Below are positions 1-9,511 of a DNA stretch of 64,000 nucleotides, in pieces; position 1 is the stretch's first letter; each line of letters begins with the position of its first letter. A program made the position numbers and the translations under genes. Origin of the DNA: an uncultured Sutterella sp. (GTDB lineage: Bacteria > Pseudomonadota > Gammaproteobacteria > Burkholderiales > Burkholderiaceae_F); the NCBI GenBank assembly GCA_905206365.1, contig CAJLHF010000003.1, positions 2,589 through 66,588 on the forward strand, given 5' to 3'. Under the pieces are notes generated by a model, which worked only from the letters and a program-made list of their open reading frames with translations, had not been told where the DNA came from and did no database searches.

Positions 1-92
1 ACGTCCTACCAAGGCACTGCTTTCGATGCGTGTGTAACGGATAAACAACCGATTTTCGAATGCGCGAAAACACACATTTGGCAACATCTGTA

Positions 93-112
93 GGACCGAA
101 GTTGTTCGGTCC
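93..112. promoter_or_regulatory. Inverted repeat GGACCGAA-GTTG-TTCGGTCC ~60 bp upstream of the Bug-family gene; candidate operator or leader hairpin
   Basis: Perfect 8-bp arms with a 4-bp spacer, seen directly in the sequence; position relative to the start codon fits a regulator binding site. Confidence 0.3.
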
Positions 113-168
113 GAACTTTATACTCCGCTGGCTTACGTATTTTGTCTTATGAGTGAGGAGTTGATTTG

Positions 169-1149
169 ATGACTTCCCGACGCACCTTCCTTGCGGCCGC
201 GGCGGCGACGGCCGCAGCTTCCGCTTTCGGCTTTTCGGTTCCCGCACTCGCAAAGAGCGGCACCACGCGCGTGATCGTTCCCTTTCCCGCGGGCGGGGGC
301 GGCGACGCGCTCGCGCGCACCGTGGTCGACGTACTCGCCCGACAGGCCGGCAGCCGCATTCTCGTCGACAACCGTCCGGGCGCGGGCGGCAACGTGGGAA
401 CGCGCCTTTTGACGCAGGCCAAACCCGACGGTCTCACGCTCGGCTACGTCACGAACGGCATTCTTTGCGTCAACAAGCACCTCTACGGCGACACGGGGTT
501 CGACACGAACGATCTGATCCCCGTCGGTCTTTCGACCGAAATCGGTCTCATCGCGGTTCTCAACCCGAAGGCGATCGAAGGCGTCACGGACCTCGCGTCC
601 CTCATCGCCTACGCGAAGGCGAACCCCGGGAAGGTCGACTTCGCTTCGTCCGGCAACGGCACCACGAGCCACCTCGCGGGGCTCTTCTTCGGCGAATGCG
701 CGGGCGTGAAGTTGACGCACATCCCGTACCGGGGCGGTGCGGCCGCGATGCTCGACGTGCTCTCGGGCCGCATTCCCCTCATGATCGACGTTGCTCCCAA
801 CGCGCTTCAGCACGTGGCGGCCGGGAAGCTCACGGCGCTTGCCACTCCCTCGCGCGAACGCCTCCCGAGCGCGCCCGACGTTCCGACCTTCGCCGAGGCG
901 GGGGTGCCGGGGTTCGAACTCTCGGCCTGGGACGGGTTCGTGCTCCCGAAGGGCACGCCCGATAAGATCGTGCGCGACTGGAACCGCGCGCTCGTCGAAG
1001 CGCTCTCCGACGAGGATTTGCGCCGTCGACTCGCCGCCCGCGGCGCCGACGTTCGTCCGGGCACGCCCGAAGCGTTCCGCGACTTCATCGCTTCCGAAGC
1101 GCCCAAGTGGGAAAAACTCGTGAAGACGATTCGCGCCGAGCGCACCTGA
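169..1149 (+). CDS. Bug-family (TctC-like) tripartite tricarboxylate transporter periplasmic substrate-binding protein
   Basis: 326 aa; N-terminal Tat/Sec-type signal (SRRTFLAAAAATAAASAFG...ALA); overall Bug-family architecture; GAGGAG RBS 8 nt upstream of ATG at 169 (the ORF track starts at TTG 166). Confidence 0.8.
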   Translation: MTSRRTFLAAAAATAAASAFGFSVPALAKSGTTRVIVPFPAGGGGDALARTVVDVLARQAGSRILVDNRPGAGGNVGTRLLTQAKPDGLTLGYVTNGILCVNKHLYGDTGFDTNDLIPVGLSTEIGLIAVLNPKAIEGVTDLASLIAYAKANPGKVDFASSGNGTTSHLAGLFFGECAGVKLTHIPYRGGAAAMLDVLSGRIPLMIDVAPNALQHVAAGKLTALATPSRERLPSAPDVPTFAEAGVPGFELSAWDGFVLPKGTPDKIVRDWNRALVEALSDEDLRRRLAARGADVRPGTPEAFRDFIASEAPKWEKLVKTIRAERT

Positions 1150-1282
1150 TCGAGAACCGATCTGACGTTTGTTAACGTTTTTCCGCCCGAGCGACGCCCG
1201 CCGATCTTTCCGTCGGGCGTCGCTTGTCGTCGGGGCGTCGTATGATTCCGTCCTCTTCTTGAAACTCCTACAAGGATTCACC

Positions 1283-2134
1283 ATGCAACCCATGCTCGAT
1301 ACGTCGCACCTCCCGCGCATTCCCGAATGGAAGAAGGCGGGCGACTATACCGACATCCTTTACGAAAAGGCCGAAGGGATCGCCAAGATCACGATCAATC
1401 GTCCGGAAGTGCGCAACGCCTTCCGTCCGCTCACGGTTCGTGAAATGGAAGCGGCACTTGCGGACGCGCGCGACGACGATGAAATCGGCGTCGTGATCCT
1501 CACGGGTGCGGGCGAACTCGCGTTTTGCTCCGGGGGCGACCAGAAGGTGCGCGGCACGGGCGGCTACGTGGGCTCGGACGGCGTGCCGCGCCTGAACGTC
1601 TTGGACTTCCAGCGTCAGATCCGAACCTGCCCGAAGCCCGTCATTGCCATGGTTGCGGGCTGGTGCGTCGGGGGCGGTCACGTACTTCACATGATGTGCG
1701 ACCTCACGATCGCCGCGGAAAACGCATGTTTCGGTCAGACGGGTCCTCGCGTCGGGTCGTTCGACGGCGGCTGGGGCGCTTCCTACATGGCGCGCATCGT
1801 CGGTCAGAAGAAGGCCCGCGAAATCTGGTTCCTCTGCCGCTTCTATGACGCGAAGGAAGCCCTTGAAATGGGGCTCGTCAACCGCGTTGTCCCCTACGAA
1901 GAGCTTGAAGCCGAAACGGTACAGTGGTGTCGCGAGATCCTCGCGAATTCGCCCCTGGCGATCCGCTGCCTCAAGGCGGCGCTCAACGCCGACTGCGACG
2001 GTCAGGCGGGCTTGCAGGAACTCGCGGGCAACGCCACGCTCCTTTACTACATGACGGACGAAGGCCGCGAAGGGAAGAACGCTTTCCTCGAAAAGCGTCG
2101 CCCCGACTTCTCGAAGTTCAAGCGTCTCCCCTGA
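1283..2134 (+). CDS. menB: 1,4-dihydroxy-2-naphthoyl-CoA synthase (crotonase fold)
   Basis: 283 aa; strong MenB N-terminus ([26 protein letters not shown]...[19 protein letters not shown]); internal ATG at 1283 gives the canonical length; the upstream part of ORF 1169..2134 is an N-terminal artefact. Confidence 0.9.
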   Translation: MQPMLDTSHLPRIPEWKKAGDYTDILYEKAEGIAKITINRPEVRNAFRPLTVREMEAALADARDDDEIGVVILTGAGELAFCSGGDQKVRGTGGYVGSDGVPRLNVLDFQRQIRTCPKPVIAMVAGWCVGGGHVLHMMCDLTIAAENACFGQTGPRVGSFDGGWGASYMARIVGQKKAREIWFLCRFYDAKEALEMGLVNRVVPYEELEAETVQWCREILANSPLAIRCLKAALNADCDGQAGLQELAGNATLLYYMTDEGREGKNAFLEKRRPDFSKFKRLP

Positions 2135-2141
2135 GTCAAAC

Positions 2142-3506
2142 ATGTCCGACTTGACCGTCGAGGAACTCCGTCGGGATTTCTCCGTCTTCGATGCCGCGCG
2201 CGAGCGGGGTGAAAGCGTCTTCCTGCGTACGCCCGAGGAGGACCTCACGTACACGGAAGTCGCCCGCCTTGTCGCGGACCGGATCGCCTCGTTCGAGCGC
2301 CCCGCGCCCGGACGTCCCCATGTGCTCGTTGCGCGCAACGACCTCGCGTCGATCGTCGAAATCCTTGCGTGTCTCGAACTTGAGGTTCCTCTGGTGCTCC
2401 TGCACCCGGGATTGACCGAGCTCGAGCAAAAGGCCCTGCGCGAAGAAATCGCCGCAAAGCGCGACCCCTTGCCCGAAGGGGCTGCGGTCGTCGTCTTCAC
2501 GTCGGGAACGACGGGACGCGCCAAGCCCGCCGTCCTTACGCGTCTGGCGCTCGCCGAGAGCGCCCGATCGTCGGATGCGAACATCGGACTCGCTCCGGGC
2601 GACGTATGGCTTCTTTCGATTTCGCCCGCGCGCATCGGGGGTTTTTCGATTCTCACGCGTTCTCTGCGGGCGCGTTCGGCCGTCGCGCTCGGCGGACACT
2701 TTTCGCCCGAAGGGTTTCTCTCCGAGGTCGAATCGATGGAGGTGACGCTTGCCTCGATCGTTCCGACGATGCTCGTGCAGATCCTCAAGACCTTCCCGGA
2801 ACGAAAGGCTCCTGCGACGTTGCGCGCGCTCCTTCTCGGAGGGGCGTCCGCAAGCGACGCGTGGCTTGCTCGGGCGCGTGCCGCGGCCTGGCCCGTCATC
2901 GCCACCTACGGCATGACGGAAACGGCAAGCAACGTGACGACGACCCCGTACGCCGAACGCTATTCGGGCGTGGTCGGAAGCGGTCGCGTCAACAAGTTCG
3001 CGGAAGTGCGGGTGGAAAACGGGCACATTCTCGTGCGCGGTCCCATGCGCATGACGGGGTACTGGGGCGAGCCTCCGCTTGTCCCCGAAGCCTGGCACGA
3101 TACGGGCGACATCGGGTACTTCGACGAGGCGGGGTATCTGCACGTCGAAGCGCGTCGCTCCGACCTCATTCTCTCGGGCGGCAACAACGTCTATCCTCTC
3201 GAAGTCGAGGCGGCGCTCGAAAGCCTCCCGGGCATCCGCGAGGCGCTCGTGACGGGCCTTCCCGACGACGTGTGGGGCGCGGTCGTGACGGCACTGCTCG
3301 TTCCCGAAAAGGGGCCGCTTCCGCCCGAAGTGATCGTCGAGGGGCTCTCGGGGCGGCTTGCCGCCTACAAGTCCCCGCGCCGCATCGCCTGGGTCGAGGC
3401 GCTCCCAGTCAATCCGGGCGGGAAACTTCGCCGCCGACCCGACGTCTTGGAGGGGCTCAGGCTCGAAACCCTCCACTATCGCAAACGTCGCCGAGATCAA
3501 GAATGA
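2142..3506 (+). CDS. menE: AMP-binding acyl-CoA ligase, probably o-succinylbenzoate--CoA ligase
   Basis: 454 aa; AMP-binding motif VFTSGTTGRAKPAVLT; starts 8 nt after the menB stop (operon context). Confidence 0.7.
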   Translation: MSDLTVEELRRDFSVFDAARERGESVFLRTPEEDLTYTEVARLVADRIASFERPAPGRPHVLVARNDLASIVEILACLELEVPLVLLHPGLTELEQKALREEIAAKRDPLPEGAAVVVFTSGTTGRAKPAVLTRLALAESARSSDANIGLAPGDVWLLSISPARIGGFSILTRSLRARSAVALGGHFSPEGFLSEVESMEVTLASIVPTMLVQILKTFPERKAPATLRALLLGGASASDAWLARARAAAWPVIATYGMTETASNVTTTPYAERYSGVVGSGRVNKFAEVRVENGHILVRGPMRMTGYWGEPPLVPEAWHDTGDIGYFDEAGYLHVEARRSDLILSGGNNVYPLEVEAALESLPGIREALVTGLPDDVWGAVVTALLVPEKGPLPPEVIVEGLSGRLAAYKSPRRIAWVEALPVNPGGKLRRRPDVLEGLRLETLHYRKRRRDQE

Positions 3507-3584
3507 CACGGTTCGCGGGGCGTCCACGGTCCGAAGCATGCGAAGTCCGAAAAGCCTCAAGACAACGAATCGAATACCAGAAAC

Positions 3585-3637
3585 GAAAGGGCGCGAAAGC
3601 CTCCGAGGCCTTCGCGCCCTTTTTTTCGGTCGCGTCC
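3585..3637 (+). terminator. Rho-independent terminator downstream of menE, convergent with nth
   Basis: GC-rich imperfect hairpin (AAGGGCGCGAAAGCCTC / GAGGCCTTCGCGCCCTT) followed by a T7 run. Confidence 0.5.
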
Positions 3638-3671
3638 GCTGTCGCGGTTGAACCGCACTTCGGTCCGCGCT

Positions 3672-4340
3672 TCAGTTCCCGCTCTTCGGGGAAAAGTCTG
3701 CGAGCCGCGCCTTTTTTTCGGGGGCGTTGCAGAAGTCGATGACGGGACAACGTTCGCACTCGGGCGAGCGTGCTTTGCAACAGTAGCGCCCGTGCAAAAG
3801 GAGGTAGTGGTGCGCTTCCTTGAGGTAGGCCTTCGGCACGACCTTGAGGAGCTTTTCTTCCACTTCGTCGGGCGTTTTTCCTCGGGCGAAGCCCGTACGG
3901 TTCGAGACGCGGAAAATGTGCGTGTCGACCGCAATCGTCGGATGCCCGAAGGCGACGTTGAGAACGACGTTCGCCGTCTTGCGCCCGACTCCGGGGAGGG
4001 CGACGAGTTTGTCGAAGTCTTCGGGCACCTCGCCGCCGTACTCGTCGCGAAGAATTTCGGAGAGCTTCACGACGTTTTTAGCTTTGTTGCGGTAGAGCCC
4101 GATCGTCTGAATGAAGGGGGTCAGCCCCTCGACCCCGAGGGCCGCGATTGCGTCGGGAGTGTTCGCTACGGGAAAGAGTTTCGCCGTGGCGAGGTTCACG
4201 CCCTTGTCGGTTGCCTGGGCGGAGAGCACGACCGCAACGAGCAATTCGAAGGGCGTCGTGTAGTTGAGCTCCGACTTCGGGTTCGGATGGGCGGCGGCAA
4301 GCGCCGCCATGAAGGCTTCGCGATCGGCTTTGCGGACCAT
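3672..4340 (-). CDS. nth: Endonuclease III (DNA glycosylase/AP lyase)
   Basis: 222 aa; HhH-GPD motif LVALPGVGRKTANVVL and C-terminal 4Fe-4S cysteine cluster (CxxxxxxC..C..C). Confidence 0.9.
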   Translation of the reverse strand: MVRKADREAFMAALAAAHPNPKSELNYTTPFELLVAVVLSAQATDKGVNLATAKLFPVANTPDAIAALGVEGLTPFIQTIGLYRNKAKNVVKLSEILRDEYGGEVPEDFDKLVALPGVGRKTANVVLNVAFGHPTIAVDTHIFRVSNRTGFARGKTPDEVEEKLLKVVPKAYLKEAHHYLLLHGRYCCKARSPECERCPVIDFCNAPEKKARLADFSPKSGN

Positions 4341-4349
4341 GGCGACTCC

Positions 4350-4967
4350 TTATTTCGAGGCGCGCACGCGCGCCATGATGTCGGCGATGAGCGCGGAGGG
4401 GGCGCCCCCCTGGGTGCCCGCCGCATGACGGCGCGCTTCGAGGCGGGACTTTTCTTCGGCCGCACGGCGCACGCCCCGCGCCCAGGCTTCTTCGTAGTGT
4501 TCGCGCGCCCGGTCGGCGTCTTCGTCCGTCCACTCGGTCCCGGTTTCAACGTAGTCGATGCAGTCCATCGGGCAGGCGGGCGCACAAAGCGCACAGCCCG
4601 TGCAACGCGACTCGATCACGGCATGGAGGCGCTTGGGCGCACCCGCAATCGAATCGGTCGGGCAGACTTTCACGCACCAGCCGCAGCCGATGCATTCGGC
4701 CGCGCGGATGCGGGCCGTGGCAAAGGGAACTTCATGACCGTACTCGGGGTCGAGATCGATCACGGGCGCCCCCGTTACGCGGGAGAGCTTCGCAATCCCG
4801 CGTGCGCCCCCGGGAGCGCAACGGTTGATGGGTGCGAGTCCCTCGGCAATCGCCTCGGCGTAGGCTGCGCAACCGTCGAAGCCGCACTGACGACATTGGG
4901 TTTGGGGAAGCGCACGGTCAACGGCTTCGGCCGAAGCGCGGTTGGGGTTGGAGTTGAAGTGCGTCAT
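4350..4967 (-). CDS. RnfB/RsxB-like 4Fe-4S ferredoxin (soluble form, no N-terminal TM segment)
   Basis: 205 aa; N-terminal CxxCxxxGC motif plus two CxxCxxCxxxCP ferredoxin motifs; lies immediately upstream of nth as in rsx-nth operons. Confidence 0.75.
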   Translation of the reverse strand: MTHFNSNPNRASAEAVDRALPQTQCRQCGFDGCAAYAEAIAEGLAPINRCAPGGARGIAKLSRVTGAPVIDLDPEYGHEVPFATARIRAAECIGCGWCVKVCPTDSIAGAPKRLHAVIESRCTGCALCAPACPMDCIDYVETGTEWTDEDADRAREHYEEAWARGVRRAAEEKSRLEARRHAAGTQGGAPSALIADIMARVRASK

Positions 4968-4976
4968 TTTCGACGA

Positions 4977-5720
4977 TTACCAGAAATTTTCCGCCACGAG
5001 TTGTCCCGGCTTTCCGAAGCGGGGCGAGACGATGCCGCGTTCCTTGAAAACCGCGCGCGTGGCCGTGATGAAGTCGGGGTTGCCGCAAAGAAGAACGCGC
5101 GAGGTTTCGGGCGTAATGTTCTTCCCGACGTGCGCTTCGAGTTCTCCCGATTCGAGAAGCGCGGGAATGCGACCCGAGAGGTCGCCGCGGCGACCGTCTT
5201 CTTCTTCGCGGGTGGTGGAGACGACGAGCGTGAATTCGCCCGGGAACGCCGTATCGACGAGTTCGCGGGCGACGGCTGCGTCTTCGAAATTGCGCACGCT
5301 CAGAACGAGTACGACGTCCTTGCGGGTCTCCCAGAGGGACTTCGAGCGGAGCATCGAGAGAAAAGGCGAAAGGCCCGAGCCCGTCGCAAAGAGCCAGAGA
5401 GTCTCGCCTCCGGGGATGCGACCGGGAAGGAGGTTCCCTTCGGCAACGCCCTCAAGAAGGGCCGTCTCGCCCGGCTCCAGATCTGTGAGGCGGGGCGAAA
5501 GGGCGCCGCCTTCGACGCGCGTCACGAGAAAACGAAGAACGTTTTCTTCCGGAGCGGATGCAACGGAATAAGCGCGCATGAGGGGATCGGCACCTTCGAC
5601 GGGAAGGCCGATGCGGGCGAACTGGCCCGCTTCGAAGGACCAGCCTTCGGGGCGCGTGAATTCGAGCACGAACAGGTTGGGAGCGGCCCGGCGTTTCGAC
5701 GTAAGCGTGATGATCTGCAT
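4977..5720 (-). CDS. fpr: Ferredoxin--NADP(+) reductase (Fpr-type FAD/NAD-binding oxidoreductase)
   Basis: 247 aa from internal ATG (MQIITL...); RAYSVAS FAD-binding motif, GTGLSPF NAD-binding motif, ends ...VAENFW; the N-terminal 103 aa of ORF 4977..6029 is artefactual. Confidence 0.85.
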   Translation of the reverse strand: MQIITLTSKRRAAPNLFVLEFTRPEGWSFEAGQFARIGLPVEGADPLMRAYSVASAPEENVLRFLVTRVEGGALSPRLTDLEPGETALLEGVAEGNLLPGRIPGGETLWLFATGSGLSPFLSMLRSKSLWETRKDVVLVLSVRNFEDAAVARELVDTAFPGEFTLVVSTTREEEDGRRGDLSGRIPALLESGELEAHVGKNITPETSRVLLCGNPDFITATRAVFKERGIVSPRFGKPGQLVAENFW

Positions 5721-5871
5721 GACGATTCCAAAAGTCGTGATTCGGTATCGGCGCGAAAAGTCGTTTTTTCGGAGGCGTCGAGCTCCTTGGCGACGGCGTC
5801 GCGGCGCAACCGACGGGTTCGGAAATGCTACCACGCTCGAGGGGCGCCTCCGAAGCGCCTTCGGACCTACG

Positions 5872-5908
5872 CAAAAAGAACGGCCTCCGCTGCGGGCGGA
5901 GGCCGGTC
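5872..5908 (-). terminator. Terminator hairpin downstream of fdxA (minus strand)
   Basis: GGCCTCCGC...GCGGAGGCC stem followed on the minus strand by TTCTTTTT. Confidence 0.5.
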
Positions 5909-5938
5909 GTTGCATGCTGGAAGCTCGACGCTGCGCGG

Positions 5939-6262
5939 TCAGCGCTTCAGGAAGCGGATCTTGTTCGGCACGCCGCGCCATTCGTCGGCGTCGTCCGCGT
6001 AGGGCTTGCGATGCGTGATGGAGGGCCATTCGCGTGCGAGTTCGGCGTTGAGCGCGATGAATTCACGCTGGTCCTCGGGGACGTCTTCTTCGGCATAGAT
6101 CGCGGCTTCGGGGCATTCGGGAATGCACACGGCGCAGTCGATGCATTCGTCGGGGTCGATCACGAGGAAGTTCGGACCTTCGCGGAAGCAGTCCACCGGG
6201 CAGACGTCAACGCAGTCGGTACGCTTGCAGCCGATGCAGGCTTCGCAAACAACGTGAGGCAT
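5939..6262 (-). CDS. fdxA: 7Fe ferredoxin (Azotobacter FdxA type)
   Basis: 107 aa from internal ATG ([26 protein letters not shown]...[12 protein letters not shown]); the N-terminal extension in the ORF track is non-coding. Confidence 0.85.
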   Translation of the reverse strand: MPHVVCEACIGCKRTDCVDVCPVDCFREGPNFLVIDPDECIDCAVCIPECPEAAIYAEEDVPEDQREFIALNAELAREWPSITHRKPYADDADEWRGVPNKIRFLKR

Positions 6263-6419
6263 AGTCAGAAGTCTCCGTTCGAGAGAGGGTCCGACGGGCG
6301 GGGGCGTCGTCCTTCGGGCCAGTACAAATAGGGGAAAGCGCGTCGCCCGACAGGGCGAACGCGCGAAATGGAACATTGTAAAACAAAGGTGGTCGACCGT
6401 GCGACCGCCCGATCGGGAA

Positions 6420-8126
6420 TCAGCCGCGCGTGCGGTGCCAGTACTGCATGCCGCCCGTGAGAATGTAGACGTTCTCGAAGCCGTCGCCCAGCAGGATGCG
6501 GCTTGCGGTATGCGCGCGAACGCCGCGGCGGCAGACGACGATCACGGTCTTCCCTTCGGGGATTTCGTCCGTACGGTCGCGCAGCTCGTTGAGCGGAATG
6601 TGTACGAGCGGGTAGTCGAGTCGGTCTTCGGTCAATTCGGCCGCTTCGCGCACGTCGAGAATCGTTACGTTCTCGGGCGTATTGGGGACGTTCTCGCCGA
6701 GGTAGGGGGCCTTGCCTTCCATGAGGTCGGCCAATTCCTGCGGTTCGATGAAGCGGGCGAGGTCCTGCATGATGTTTTCTCCGATGTGACCGACGACGTT
6801 GACGGGATCTTTGGGGGTGCCTGTCTGGGGAGCGTAGCAGAGGTCGAGTTGCGCGAGGTCGCGCACGGTCGCACCGAAGCGCATCGCGGTCGAGAGAACG
6901 TCGATGCGCTTGTCGGCACCGTCCCGTCCGATCGCCTGAGCGCCGAGAAGTTTCCCCTTCGTGTCGAACAGAATCTTGAGAAGAAGCGACTGCGACCCCG
7001 GGTACCACGCGACGTGGCTCGCCGTTTCGATCGTGGCGCGGTAGAAGTCCTTGCGCGGTTGGAGACCTTCGTTCAAGAGGGTCTGCTCGTTTTTGCCGGT
7101 CGATGCCCACAGGAGCCCGAAAAGCGACACGGCGTTCGTGCCGAACCCGCCGGGCAACGGCGCGGGTTCGAGCCCCGCAATGGCGTCCGCCGCTTCGCGC
7201 GCTTCCTTGACGGCGGTGCCCGCCAACATCATCGGGCGCTCTTTCCCCGTCACGGGATCGGTTGACGTGGCGACGTCCCCGACCGCATAGATCGCGGGGT
7301 CGCTCGTGCGCATCAAACCGTCCGTGAGGATCGTGTCGCGGGGACCGAGCGCAAGACCCGCTTCGCGCGCAAGAGACGAACGGGGCGCCACGCCCGCGGC
7401 GCTCACGAGGTAGTCGACGCAAAGCGTCTCGCCCGTCGAGAGCGTGAGATCGAGCGCTCCGTCGGGACGCTTTTCCGCCTTCGCGACCGACGTTTCCATG
7501 TGCCAGACAAAGCGCGGTTCGCTCCCCGTCGCCTCGCGACGGAAGAAGTCGGAGAGCGTCGGGTCGTTGCGCCCCATGATCGTACGACCGTACTCGAAAA
7601 GGTGTACGGTGCCGCCTCGGCGGATGATGTTTTCTGCGGTTTCAAGACCCACGGCACCTCCGCCGACGATCCCGACCGTAAGGTCGGGCTTCGCGTCGAC
7701 TGCGGCGCGCAACCGGTCGGCGTCTTCGGGACGCCAGAGCGGAAACGCGTTTTCCTTGAATCCTTCGACGGGAAGCAGACGGGGTTCGGCTCCGGTCGCA
7801 AGCACGAGCACGTCGTAGGGTTCGACGAAGACATCGTTCGTTTCGAGGTTTCGGACCGTCACGCACTTTTTCGCGCGGTCGATCGAGAGCACTTCGTGAC
7901 GCTCGCGCACGTCGACGCCCTGCGTGCGCCGCAGCGCTGCGGCGCTCGTTGCAAAGAGGGACGTGCGGGCGACTTCGCCGCCCACGTAGTAGGGAAGGGC
8001 ACAGTTCGCAAAGGAAATGCGCTCTCCGCGCTCGAAGAGCACGACCTCAGCCGAGGCCTTGAGGCGCTTCAAGCGCGTGGCGGTGCTGACGCCGGCGGCC
8101 ACGCCGCCCACGATCACGATTCGCAT
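6420..8126 (-). CDS. FAD-dependent pyridine nucleotide-disulfide oxidoreductase (CoA-disulfide reductase/NADH oxidase family) fused to a C-terminal rhodanese domain
   Basis: 568 aa from internal ATG ([16 protein letters not shown]...[10 protein letters not shown] redox cysteine); C-terminal rhodanese active-site loop VCRRGVRA; upstream 62 codons of ORF 6420..8312 are not coding. Confidence 0.8.
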   Translation of the reverse strand: MRIVIVGGVAAGVSTATRLKRLKASAEVVLFERGERISFANCALPYYVGGEVARTSLFATSAAALRRTQGVDVRERHEVLSIDRAKKCVTVRNLETNDVFVEPYDVLVLATGAEPRLLPVEGFKENAFPLWRPEDADRLRAAVDAKPDLTVGIVGGGAVGLETAENIIRRGGTVHLFEYGRTIMGRNDPTLSDFFRREATGSEPRFVWHMETSVAKAEKRPDGALDLTLSTGETLCVDYLVSAAGVAPRSSLAREAGLALGPRDTILTDGLMRTSDPAIYAVGDVATSTDPVTGKERPMMLAGTAVKEAREAADAIAGLEPAPLPGGFGTNAVSLFGLLWASTGKNEQTLLNEGLQPRKDFYRATIETASHVAWYPGSQSLLLKILFDTKGKLLGAQAIGRDGADKRIDVLSTAMRFGATVRDLAQLDLCYAPQTGTPKDPVNVVGHIGENIMQDLARFIEPQELADLMEGKAPYLGENVPNTPENVTILDVREAAELTEDRLDYPLVHIPLNELRDRTDEIPEGKTVIVVCRRGVRAHTASRILLGDGFENVYILTGGMQYWHRTRG

Positions 8127-8256
8127 GGGTTCCTCCGGGTGAAATACGAATTCGTCGGTTGTGAGGCATTGTACGGGGCGACCTTCGGAAAGGGCGCCGT
8201 GAAAACAGCCCATCCATGCCCGTTTGCTGGTAGGCAGAACGGGCGATAATGCGCTT

Positions 8257-9378
8257 ATGACAACGAAAGGAACGTTCCCGCCCATCTTTGCAAACGATAC
8301 GACGCGACGCATTGTTCACGTCGACATGGACGCGTTTTACGCGTCGGTCGAGCAACGCGACCGACCCGAGCTGCGCGCTCGTCCGATCGCCGTGGGGCAC
8401 GAGGACGGACGCGGGGTTGTCGCCACCGCGAGCTATGAAGCGAGGCGCTTCGGCGTTCGAAGCGCGATGCCGAGCCGCCGTGCGCGGGAGCTCTGTCCCG
8501 AACTGATTTTCGTTCCGTCGCGCATTGCCTATTACCGCGAAGTCTCCGCGCAGATTCACGACATTTTCCATCGCTACACGGACGTGGTCGAACCTTTGTC
8601 GCTCGACGAAGCGTTTCTCGACGTGACGGGAAACAAGTTGGGTCTGGAGGTCGGCACCGAGGTCGCGCGGCGCATCAAAGAGGACATCCGCCGCGAACTC
8701 AATCTCATCGCAAGCGCGGGCGTTTCCTACAACAAATTTCTCGCGAAGATCGCGTCCGATTTCCGTAAGCCCGACGGCCTCTGCACGATCCACCCGTCGC
8801 GCGCGATCGCCTTCATCGATCGGTTGCCCGTCGAAGCGCTTTGGGGCGTGGGACCCGCCACGGCGCGACGCTTTCACGATATGGGGATCACCACGGCTCC
8901 TCAGGTGCGGGCGCTCCCGCTCTCGGTTCTCACGGACGTTTTCGGACAGGCGGGCGTCATGTTTTACAAGTTCGTGCGCGGCATCGACGATCGTCCGGTT
9001 TTGGCCGAGCGCGTCCGAAAGAGCGTCGGGTGCGAAGAGACGTTCGAAACCGACATCCGCGCGCCCGAAGCGCTTCGAACGGAGCTTTCGTCCGTGGCCG
9101 AAGAGCTCGCGCGCCGCATGCGAAAGGCCGCGTTCGGCGGTCGTACGTTGACGCTCAAAGTACGCTTCTCGGACTTCACGACGATTACCCGCAGCTCGAC
9201 CCGACCGGGTGCCTGGCCCGCCGATCCGGAGGGGCTCTCGGCCGGAGGCGCCGAACTCCTCGCAGGCGTTGCGATTCCGCCCGGGGGCGTGCGCCTTTTG
9301 GGACTCTCGGTGAGCTCGCCCGTGTCGGGCGTTCTTGAACGCAACGTCGCTTTGCCGGAGCAGGGGACGCTCTTGTGA
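8257..9378 (+). CDS. dinB: DNA polymerase IV (Y-family translesion polymerase)
   Basis: HVDMDAFYASVEQRD catalytic motif, SIDEAFLDVT, little-finger domain; start chosen at the second in-frame ATG (the ORF track starts at 8224). Confidence 0.85.
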   Translation: MTTKGTFPPIFANDTTRRIVHVDMDAFYASVEQRDRPELRARPIAVGHEDGRGVVATASYEARRFGVRSAMPSRRARELCPELIFVPSRIAYYREVSAQIHDIFHRYTDVVEPLSLDEAFLDVTGNKLGLEVGTEVARRIKEDIRRELNLIASAGVSYNKFLAKIASDFRKPDGLCTIHPSRAIAFIDRLPVEALWGVGPATARRFHDMGITTAPQVRALPLSVLTDVFGQAGVMFYKFVRGIDDRPVLAERVRKSVGCEETFETDIRAPEALRTELSSVAEELARRMRKAAFGGRTLTLKVRFSDFTTITRSSTRPGAWPADPEGLSAGGAELLAGVAIPPGGVRLLGLSVSSPVSGVLERNVALPEQGTLL

Positions 9379-9511
9379 TCCACCCAAGCCCCCGCATGAA
9401 TGCGGAGAAATCCTGCGGGTTTCGTTCGAAGCGTCTTGAGGACCCTCGCAAAGAAACGCGCCGACTCCCCGCGAGGACGTCGGCGCGTTTTTCATCCGCC
9501 AGGGCGAAGGC

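Noticed and set aside
3648-6002. 784-aa ORF on the plus strand
   Set aside because: It runs antisense across nth, the rnfB-like gene and fpr. Its composition is Arg/Gly/Ala-rich and typical of high-GC antisense frames, and real genes with clear motifs occupy the opposite strand.
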